From Somniosus microcephalus (taxonomy: Eukaryota), in NCBI GenBank assembly GCA_052327205.1, contig CM126218.1:38440001-38504000 (forward strand): a DNA stretch of 64,000 bases, given 5' to 3'. Shown here piece after piece: positions 54,561 through 64,000 of this stretch (the first letter of the stretch is position 1; the number at the start of each line of letters is the position of its first letter). Below the pieces are notes generated by a model. The model was not told the origin of the DNA. It did not search any database and saw only the letters and a program-made list of their open reading frames with translations. The position numbers were made by a program, and so were the translations under genes.

Positions 54561-55114
54561 AATACCACTTTCATCTGCTTACTGTAAATGCTACTGCTTC
54601 CTCCGACATGCAACACTGAAACACCAGTCCTGAATATCATGTTCAAACAATATCACAGTTCAACACACTTTCAGCTAAAATACTAAAACTTTTAAAAGCA
54701 ATAAACATTTTCAAATATTTTATGGATGGAGTAACAGAAGGTACTTGCAGTTACACCAGGAGAGCGTTGAAGAACCTTTTTAATGGTTAATTCAAACTAA
54801 TATTTGTGGCCTCAAATAAATCACGCTAACAGCTGCTCAGACCTCTTATTTAACTGTCATAAAGTACATCACACTCCATCAAAACTACCGTTCTACAAGC
54901 CAATGACAGAGCCACAAACTGCATATTCAAATTGAACTATGACCTCATTAACCTTTCATAGATTCTCTTATTCTTCATCATTAAAGGGAGATTACAGCTA
55001 TTTTGGAAGGGCAGGTGAATGCAGCAGCTGTAATTAATGTGATATGCAATGTTTTCTTGATGCAGTAACAAATAATATTACAGCATAATAAAAAGACAGC
55101 TTTGTCATCCAGTA

Positions 55115-55555
55115 GCAATTACTTGCATTTTATATAGCACCTTTAACGTGCAAAAATGTCCCCAAGCACTTCATGGATGCATTATCAAAAAGAAAATGCC
55201 GCCTGCTCCAAGGAGGTGATATTAGATGGGGTGACCAGAAACTTTTGAGGAGGGTTGTTGACAGAGGAGAGGGAGGTGGAAAGACAGAGAGGTTTAGGGA
55301 GGGAATTACTGAGCATCAAGCCTACAGCTGCCAATGATGGGCTGAAAAGGAGAGGGGAATGCACAAGCCGCCAAAGTCAAAGAATAGTGTGTTTGGGGAC
55401 GGGTTTGTAGGGCTGGATGTAGTTACGGAGATAGGCAGGGGTGAGGCCATGAAGGGGTTTAAACAATTTTGGGAACTGGGGACCAATGTAGGTCAATGAG
55501 GACAAGGGTGATGGTAAGTGGGACTTGGTGCGGGTTAGGTATCGGCAGCAGACCT
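55115..55555 (-). mobile_element. L2 3' fragment
   Basis: Similar to 48640-48925 with a gcattttatatagcaccttt tail. Confidence 0.7.
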
Positions 55556-56162
55556 TTAATGCTAATCATAGAATGATACAGCACAGGAGGCCATTCAGCC
55601 CATCATGGCTGTGCCAGCTCTTTGGTAGAGCTATCCAATTAGTGCCACTCCCATACTCTTTCCCCGTAGCCCTATAAATTTGTCCCCTTCAAGTATTTAT
55701 CCAATTCCCTTTTGAAAGTTACTACTGAACCTGCTTCCACCAATGTTTCAGGCAGTGTGTTTCAGATCACAACTTGCTGCGTAAAAAATGTTTCCTTGTG
55801 TCGCCTCAGGTTCTTTTGCCAATCACCTTAAATCTGTGTCCTTTGGTTGCCGAACCTTCTGCCATTGGAAACAACATCTCCTTATTTACTTTATCAAAAC
55901 CACTCACAATTTTGAACACCTCAATCAAATCTCCTCTTAACCTTCTCTGCTCTAAGGAGAACAATCCCAGCTTCTCTAGTCTCTCCATGTAACTGAAGTC
56001 CCACATCCCTGGTACCATTCTCGTAAATCTCTTCTGCACCCTCTCTAAGGCCTTGACATCCTTCCTAAAGTGTGGTGCCCAGAATTTAACACAATACTCT
56101 AGCTGAGGACCTAACCAGTGTTTTATAAATGTTTAGCATAACTTCTTTGCTTTTGTACTCTA

Positions 56163-58463
56163 GGGACTGGATTTTGTCAGTGTGGTCGGGCTGGGGTGTG
56201 TCAGGACCCCGACTCCTAAGTGAAGTGTTGAAAAAGTGCGATTTTCCCCTAATTGGCCAATTCATTTCCTGCATGTGGGAACCACTGGCCCAACTAGTCT
56301 TTTCATACAGAACGTCGCCTCCGATGATGTCACCAATGCTGTTGGATTTAAGGCCTGCAAGCAACTTTGATTCTTCTGGAGACTGCAAAGGCTCTGCAAT
56401 TTATATGAAGGAGTTGAATTGTGGAAAATGTCAACGATCAAGCAAAAATGTGCTCCTCGGTTTGATGAGCCCTCCCTCCAAGCTCTGGTGTACGGAGCCA
56501 GCTGTAATAAGGAGGTGCTGTTCCCTTCCTCAGGGAGAAAAAACCACCCCAGCAGACAAAAGCTGTGTGGCTACAAGTGGCCCAGGTTGTCAACTCCATT
56601 TCAATGAGCGGCAGAACCTGGCTGCAATGCAGAAAGAGGTTTCATGACCTTCTCCGCACCGGAAAAGTGAGTATGGCTTTCCCATCACCCTCAATCTGAT
56701 CCCCATCGCCTCTCCTCACCAGCACTCTGCGTTGCCAGCCTCTTCCTCCACATCCCTCTTGACACTTAGATCCCTGCACCCTTACCCATTCCCTCTCTCC
56801 TTATGGTCACATTCACTTAACTATTCGACCATGCAGCCTTCACACTTCCTATCACTGTGATGCCATGACAATAACTAATTACAACACACAGGGAGGGTCC
56901 TTTGTATCCTTCTGAGCATCTATGCTATGCATTCACTACACTCACTCCTTCCATGGTCCATGGAGGATCTTAGTCACAAGGGTATTGAAAACATGGTCAT
57001 TGTTCAGAATAGAATGACATCTCTTGAGGAGCGATGGTCAGCTATTGGGCAAACAAAGCAGACCTTCATGCAAGTCCTCTGGAGTAGGACTTCCAGTGCG
57101 GAAATGGGTCCTCATGGCCTCCCTGCAGTGCAGCAAGGTGCTGTCAAGCCACTTGCTACCTCTGAAGTGGGGCTGACCCATGAGAGGGATGTTGGTGGCA
57201 GACAAGAAGGAAGTGGGGGCTCCTCTCCAAGCGTTCACACGACCATGCCACAGCAAAGCCCTCGGTCAGAGTCCTCACCCAAATGAGATGGGCGTCTCAG
57301 CCCCTGCACAGCCATAGGAGCAGCAGGCTGTTGGCAAGCCCGCACAGGTTTGCCACCCCAGAGGATGACCACCAAAGGCGTCGAGACAGGAGCAGCAAGA
57401 GAGCGAGCAAGGGGCCTCCACATCTGCTGAAGCCACAGAGGAAGCACCACGTAGGAGCACGCGTAAGAGGAAGATAAAGCACAAGTAGTCACAAGGGTAG
57501 TCACTTGGGTGCTGTATTGTTTTGTTTTGGACCAGCCATCATTGTGATTGTATTATAAAGTGTTTTGATGGCAAACTGTTGAAGTTGTGGCCTGTGTCAT
57601 TTCGCAAATGGGACTTTCACATTGAGGGCTTAGGGTGCCTTGCGATTATCAGAATGGTGGTCAAAGTGATAGGATTCTGTAGGTTCTTCTCCACTGTCGA
57701 TGATCTGGTAAGGAGCGGGACTAAAGTGTTTGATTGTGCAGGCTAAGCAAATCTGGCCAGGATGAGTGCGCCCCTTGCATCCCAGGCAGCAATATGGTGG
57801 CGCTCTGGCGCCTTCTGGCCTGTGCATCTTCAGGTGGGTGACTAGCAGCTTGGCGCTCCTATTGATGTTCCTGCTGTTGCTCATGGTTCTGCTGCTGCTG
57901 CGGCTGGTCTTCATCCGAATCTGATGTCCAGGAGGAAAGGAATTAAATGATCGCCATGTTTCTGGTATATGCCTCAGTTGAGGAAGCGCTTAGTCAAGGT
58001 GGGGAGAGGGGTTTCCAAGGAGGTCACACTGGGGATGGGTGTCAGGCTTCAAACTTCCACAACAATGAGTAGGCCTGCTAAAAGTTCCCCCAAACCTGAA
58101 ACAACAAAGTTCTGCCACCTGCAAATGATCATCGGTGAAAACTCCTTTGTAATGGTGGAGCTGCAGCTGTTCGTAAGCAATCCACTAGTGAGGCCGCCAG
58201 GATTACTTGGCGCGTTCCAGAGGCGGCGGGTAGGATGGGGGAAATGTGTTAAAATCAGAAAGGCCTCTCAAAATGGGATTAAGTGGTTGTTAAGGGCCTT
58301 AAGGGCCTATCCCGCCTCTTGGAGGCGGGATGGAAAGCGGATCAGAAATCACGCACTTGGGAAAATTGCTCGGAGGTGGGAACGGGTCCACCCGCCAGTT
58401 TTGGCGATTTTAACAACTCGCACGCCTCCAAACCTGCCTCCTCGGGGCTGGGAAAATCGAGCC
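56163..58463. mobile_element. Internally deleted PIF/Harbinger DNA transposon
   Basis: Imperfect TIRs GGGACTGGATTTT / AAAATCGAGCC and probable 3-bp TSD CTA. Degenerate Myb/SANT-like peptide APRFDEPSLQALV...KEVLFP at about 56440-56650. No DDE core seen. Confidence 0.75.
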
Positions 58464-58659
58464 CTATGCCTTTGCTTATAAAGCCAAGGATCCCATATGC
58501 TTTTTTAACAGCCTTCTCAACTTGTCCTGTCACCTTCAAATATTTATGTGCATACACCCCCAGGTATCTCTGTTCCTGCACCCCCTAAAAAATGGTACCA
58601 TTTAGTTTATATTGCCTCTCTTCATTCTTCCTACCGAAATGTATCACTTCAAACTTCTC

Positions 58660-59220
58660 ATAGTCATAGAGTCATAACGGCACAGAAGGAGGCCATTCAG
58701 CCCATCGAGTCCATGCCGGCTCTCTGTAGCGCAATCCAGTCAGTCCCATTCCCCCGCTCTATCCCCGTAGCCCTGCATGTTTATTTCCCTCAAGTGCCTA
58801 TCCAGTCTCTCCTTGAAAACACTGAGTGTCTCCGCTTCCACCACTCCCGTCGGCAGCGAATTCCAGGTCGTCACCACTCACTGCGTAAAAAAGTTTTTCC
58901 TCACATCCCCCCTGTATCTCCTGCCCAAAACCTTAAATCTGTGTCCCTTAGTCCTCGTACCATCAACTAGTGGGAACAGCCTTTCCCCGTCTAGCCTATC
59001 CAAACCTGTCATAATCTTGTACACCTCTATCAAATCAACCCTCAACCTCCTTTGCTCTAATGAAAGCACATCCAGCTTCTCCAACCTGTCCTTGTAGCTA
59101 AGATCCCCCATCCTGGAACCAATCTGGTAAATCTTCTCTGCACCCTCTAAAGGGCTTTCACATCCTTCCTAAAGTGTGGTGACCAGAACTGGACGCAATA
59201 CTCCAGTTGTGGCCTAACCT
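58660..59220 (-). mobile_element. Second CR1 3' fragment nested in the first
   Basis: Has its own 3' tail (catagagtcata) and ORF2 C-terminus SLEQRRLRVDLIEVYK. Confidence 0.85.
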
Positions 59221-59912
59221 GTGTTAAATTTAATCTGCCCTGTGTCTGCCCATTTCACCAGTATGTATTTGTCCTCCTGAAGCCTTTTATTATCCTTCTC
59301 ATTGTTTATTACACTTCTGATTTTCGTGTCATCTGCAAACTTTGAAATTCTGCTCTTTATACCCAAGTCCAGTTCTTTAATATAAATCAAAAGAAGCTGT
59401 GGCCCTAAGCTGTGGAACACCACTGTATACTTCCCTCAAGTCTGAAAAACAACCGTTCGCCACTACTCTCTGTTTTCTGTCCCTCAGCCAATTCTGTATC
59501 CACGCTACCACTGTCCCTTTAATACCATGGGCTCTAATTTTGCTAATAAGTCTGTTATGTAGTTCGTTGTCAAACACCTTTGAAAGTCCATATACACAAC
59601 ATCAACCACACTACCCTCATCAACCCTCTCCTTTACTTCATGAAAGAACGCAATCAAGTTAGTCAAACATGATTTGCCTTTAAAAAATCCATGCTGACTT
59701 TCATTCATTAGCCCATACTTTTCCTAATGATGCATACTGTTAATAAAGGTCCAAGAAGAAAACACTTTCACTAAACTGAGTTAGCAAGACTATATAAATA
59801 GCAACACTCTGGCAAGTGTCTTGAAGAATCATATTATTCATCAGCCACAAATACTTTTTTTCATGAATTTATTGCAAAGGTAATTGCGTGGACTTAAGAT
59901 TTTGTTCCTTAC

Positions 59913-59985
59913 CTGAAGCATCATCATGCTTTCCTTTCAGGCCAGTATTGATTCCAGCTCCGATGGAGCTCATGATTTTATCAAT
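59913..59985 (-). CDS. ANKS1B: ANKS1B coding exon (IDKIMSSIGAGINTGLKGKHDDAS)
   Basis: ttttcag|ATTGAT ... GCTTCAG|gtaagg. 73 nt, phase 0 to 1. Continues EWEE-IDKIM as in ANKS1 proteins. Confidence 0.9.
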
Positions 59986-60589
59986 CTGAAAAGAACATAG
60001 TAAGAACCATTAATCTATAAACAGCTGCTTCACAGGCTCATCCTTTCCAGAGTTTTGTACACCTGCAGAATCAAGGGCTGTGTTATGTTCTGATTAAGCT
60101 CACCATGGGATCCATTACAACTGTTTGCTCAGCTGTAGTCTTAGTTATACTCCTGTTCTCAAAAAATCCAGAAAGCAATTATATCTCGGTTTGTAGAAAG
60201 GGAAAGTTGCACATATAAATGGAAAATAATTAATGACCAAAATCCTCATTACTTGACTATTTCTATAATCCATTTACAATTTAAAAATACCATTCTTCCC
60301 ATGGTGCTAGCTACGTTGTTAATTAATCCTGGAAGTCATAAAGATCACGTGTTTGAAATCCAGTGATCTATTCAGAAGCAAGTAAAATCAGCTTCCATTA
60401 CTGTTGAAAATAATCTTCTGGTCACAGCACAGTAGTTTAAGTGATGGCGGGCATTACCCAAGCCAGAAGGTTGCAAGAATGCACTCCAATGCTGGTCGAC
60501 ACTATAGCTCACTTGTCTCCTGTCGGATGACTTTCATGAGCTTATAGACAAATCACTAGATGTGAGCGAGGGAGGCATTGGCTCAGTAA

Positions 60590-61895
60590 ACTCAAATTTC
60601 AGCATCTACTAGCTGATAATGAAGCAGTGGGCAGACATGTAGCAGATACAATTTAATATGAAGAGGTGTGAGGTAATTCATTTTGGGAGGAAAAACAAGG
60701 AATGTGAATTTACCCTCAATGGAAAGACATAGAAGGGTGTGGATGAACAGAGACATCTAGGCATCCAAATATTTAATTCCCTGAAAGTGCAACTACAGGT
60801 AGATAAAGCCATAGAAAAAGCCAACAGCATTTTAGGTTATATAAATAGGGACATAAATAACAAGAGCAAAGGAGTGAAGAGGTTAAAAGCTAGATTAGCG
60901 GCTTAACTGACTAGCTGGCTGACGTAATAAAGGAGAAGTCTTTATTAAACAGACAGTTGGAAAAAGCATATTACATGATGATTGGGGGAGTGAAAGAATC
61001 AAGGAGGCCATACACTGAACAATGGGCCGCCAAGATGTGATTTGCGAAGATGAGGTTAAGCGTACGTAAATTGGATAGAACAATGGCAGATGTGGAAACA
61101 GGGCAAATGAGATAAATAAGATGTGTTTTGTGGAGATGTGATTAATTGGTCAAGTCCCGAAGATGTGAAGGAAACAAGATGTAAGATTGTATATAAGCCA
61201 ACTGCTCGAATGTAAAAATTACACTCCCGTCTCAGCTCAGACTGAGAGGGCCTCTCCCTGCACGTGCTTGAATAAAGATCGCTTGGAACCAGTACACGCT
61301 CGTCTCCGTCTGCTTTGGGGCAGAGAGAAATCCCACAACAGAAGTAACATTAAATTTATACAAAGCTTTGACTGAGCAATTGTTGGAGTACTGCGTGTGG
61401 CTTTGAAAGGACATTAGGGCCTAAGAGAGCACGCAACCTAGATTCACGAGGATTTTGCAGGGATGGGAAACTATAGCTTGTGAGGTGAGACCTGGGATCC
61501 TGAGACTGTTTATACTGAAGGCTAAGAGGAGATTTAGGGTTTTTTAAATGATGAAGAGATTTGATAGGCTGAAGAAGGAAAGACTATTTACTCTGGTTGG
61601 GGAATCAGTGATGAGGGTTCATCAATTTAAAATTGTCACTTAGCAAGGAAGGAGAGAGGTCTGAAGAAATTTCTTTACTCAACATATTATTGGAACATGA
61701 AATGCTTTCCCACAGGGAATAATTGAGATGATAGCATCTTTTAAGGGAGACCTGGATATATATTTGAAGAAAAGGTGGATACAAGGCTGTGGGGAAGCAG
61801 GCAAGTGGGATTAGTTTTTGAATTGTTCCAGCAACGAGCAGCACAGGTACTATGGGCGAAATATCCCCCTTCCATGCTGTAAACTTCTATGATTC
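60590..61895 (+). mobile_element. Old CR1 fragment interrupted by a solo LTR
   Basis: Degenerate RT C-terminal coding sequence and ttctatgattc tail. Confidence 0.75.
60875..61340 (+). mobile_element. Solo LTR (ERV- or Gypsy-type), 466 bp
   Basis: TGAAGA...ACAACA termini, 4-bp TSD GGAG/GAAG, TATATAA near 61190 and AATAAA near 61271. Cleanly interrupts a CR1. Confidence 0.75.
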
Positions 61896-62189
61896 AGTTG
61901 GGGAGAAGTCCGCAATGTTGATTCTCATGGATGGAAGAGGATGCAATATTGTCAGTAACCACCGGTACTCTGGCTCGGGTAATGGAATTGCTGAAATCAT
62001 CACTATAGAAAAAACTGGAGTCAACTAAGTCTCAAACTCATCATAACAGCGACTATTTTGCATATCTCCTGCAAGTTATCAAAACATCTGAAATCATGAT
62101 TGGAAATAAATTAAATCTGAATAATTAATAGGTAAAGTTACTCAAATACATGAATTGAACACATTGCAGTGAGGGTGCCAAGGTTGGGG

Positions 62190-62577
62190 ATATTTTTTCA
62201 TTTTTGTCATCCAGTGGGAGCACAAAGCCATAACCAGGCAGAGGTTGGGTGAACCACCAAATGCCGAGTAAAGCTCCCTCAACTCTGCCCCACAAACGTG
62301 CCCTACGCTCAAGCTCAGAATAGCACCTACTACACTAGTGTGATTCCTCCCACAATCTGGTGGCTTTTCTCAATGAGACTGTCATGCCATATACTGTTGA
62401 AATATGAGTACTTCTGCATCCACAGAGAACTGAATTGATATTACCCGAAATGATGTTGAATAGAAATACACAGCCAGCAGCCAGTAGACTTTCAGCCTAT
62501 CATTCCGGGCTGGAGTAGAATCCCGGTCCCAGGGTGAAAAGATAGTGTGCTAACCCACCCCACTATGCAGTCCCTCA
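62190..62577 (-). mobile_element. Degenerate tRNA-derived SINE (LF-SINE-like)
   Basis: The minus strand begins gggactgcatagtggggtgggttagcacac...ttcacc...gggattctactccagccc, a tRNA-like head. Family assignment is tentative. Confidence 0.4.
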
Positions 62578-62685
62578 CAAAATGTTTAAAGTTTCTTTAT
62601 GAAGACTTGCTATTCCTAAAAATGATTTAGGAATTACATTTTTTAGTTTCAGGATAAAATTAAATAAACATTTTGTGAGGGACTG
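62568..62685. repeat. Perfect inverted repeat, 21-bp arms, 76-nt spacer
   Basis: CAGTCCCTCACAAAATGTTTA at 62568-62588 and its reverse complement at 62665-62685. Confidence 0.92.
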
Positions 62686-63040
62686 AGTTAAAATCTGAAT
62701 TATTAAATGACTAACTTCCTAATATATAGATGCCTAAGCAAGTATACAATGGACTCTGCATGTTATGTCCTGTCAAGCTGGTTTATACAGTACCATTATA
62801 AATGAGCAAGTATAGTTCATTTGGTGGACAGTGCACACTGGGCTTCAGTTTACTGCATTAGTTGTGCAACACGCTACAAGGAATTAGACATCACTCACTT
62901 ATCTAGCTGATGATTTTATTTGTCATTTCTTTAATAATCTCATGGTTCCCTTAATGCAAATCACGATTTAAACACTATGCAATCTTCGAATGTCCACAAT
63001 TGACATCTGGAGCAGATGGCACTTTCATAATAACTCTTAC

Positions 63041-63705
63041 CTCTTCCCATTCAGCTGTGAAAGAAGGTGTTCGTTCCAGACATTTTCCGGTGCATTGTTT
63101 GTTTTCTTTAAAGTAGTTTGATACAGACTCACAGCGACTGCTCCTTGATTCTTCCTCAATCGGTGAACAAGTAATAAGGTTGGAATCCGACTTTGAAATG
63201 TTTCTGGCTAATTGTAATTCAAGAAGAGTCTTTCCTCCAGATCTTAGCCTTCCTAAAGTGCATGCCCTATCCTCAAAGCCAAGCTTCTCTCCTGTGCTGC
63301 TTATCCAGTGATCGTTATTCCGAAAAGTTCTGGTGCTGACAAATGTGTCACTGTCATTCTGGTTCACTTTTGTGTGGAAAATGGTCTTATAAACAACTTG
63401 TGGTTTGCTTTCTCTGTTTAGTATTGATGCATCACTGACAGTTTGCAGCCTTTGTGCCTCATTTGTTTCATCTGGACATTCTAGTGAATTTGCTTTAATT
63501 AAATTTGGCTCCCGAGTTGGCTCTTTGATTCTCAAGGTGTTGTCATTGTTGAACTCCTTATTTGCTTTAGTGTACAGATGATAAGGATTCTCTGGAGATT
63601 CACAGGCCGGGGAAGAGCCATGCAGTAGACCTGCAAACTGCTCAGGGATGTGGCCACCATGGAGCTCCTCTTCCGCAGAGGCTTCACGTTGGCAAAGACT
63701 CTCCT
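63041..63705 (-). CDS. ANKS1B: ANKS1B large linker exon between ankyrin repeats and SAM1
   Basis: Acceptor tctttgccag|AG at 63705, donor TGGGAAGAG|gtaaga at 63041. 665 nt, phase 1 to 0. Encodes QFAGLLHGSSPACESPENP, RACTLGR, SKSDSNL and ERTPSFTAEWEE, motifs recalled from vertebrate ANKS1B. Confidence 0.92.
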
Positions 63706-63839
63706 CTGGCAAAGACAGGACAAGAAGTTAGTCATTACAGCTTCAGTACAAAGAATGAATAAAGGTAACATTGTGCTTAATTAAAATGGAGCTATTCCTA
63801 TTGAATGCTTTCTTCTGTAATAAGGAAAAGAACAATTTA

Positions 63840-64000
63840 CAGGAAACTTTGGTTTATCCGGAGGTTAACTGTCCGGAATGCTCGAGCCACCGGCAAAGAT
63901 CAGGAGCCGTTTCGTTAGTTTTTTTTTCTTTTCGTTGCTTTTTTTCCCCACCAGTCAGGCTCTGCAAGGTCTCGCTGAAGCTGTTGCTAAGCTACAGAGA
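63840..64000. mobile_element. Left end of a related Tc1/pogo-like element, running off the window
   Basis: TA|CAGGAAACTTTGGTTTATCCGG resembles the 37202 terminus. Confidence 0.5.

Larger units (their letters stand above)
55565..59725 (-). mobile_element. CR1 LINE hosting two nested insertions
   Basis: RT fragments at 55565-56162, 58464-58659 and 59221-59725 are collinear once the inserts are removed. Confidence 0.85.

Noticed and set aside
18247-63705. Assignment to the paralogue ANKS1A (Odin)
   Set aside because: The MWQCHLS N-terminus and GSSPACESPENP motif match ANKS1B as recalled.

Overview
Eukaryotic (vertebrate) genomic DNA, most likely from a cartilaginous fish. That assignment is an inference from the SacSINE1/DeuSINE-like SINEs, dense CR1/L2 LINEs and GC-rich Harbinger-type MITEs. 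The whole window lies inside one minus-strand gene, ANKS1B (AIDA-1/EB-1). Five consecutive coding exons have GT-AG boundaries and consistent phases: the large linker exon, a 73-nt exon, two SAM1 exons and the first SAM2 exon. The alternative N-terminus of the short AIDA-1 isoform (MWQCHLS...) is also present. Introns contain a near-intact Mag-clade Gypsy element with 191-bp LTRs, a Tx1-like LINE with a perfect 14-bp TSD, many nested CR1/L2/RTE fragments, a solo LTR, Harbinger and Tc1/pogo MITEs, SINEs and a 3.4-kb 41-bp minisatellite. I see no prokaryotic system or CRISPR array, and nothing I can support as a new biological system. The most unusual items are: a 79-bp copy of a SAM1 exon end joined to a perfect 21-bp hairpin; the conserved internal AIDA-1 start with a possible divergent transcript; repeated RFX X-box-like sites; a structurally conserved hairpin in a MITE family; and a speculative phase-compatible three-exon chain in the last intron. 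All family assignments are from recall, not database searches.
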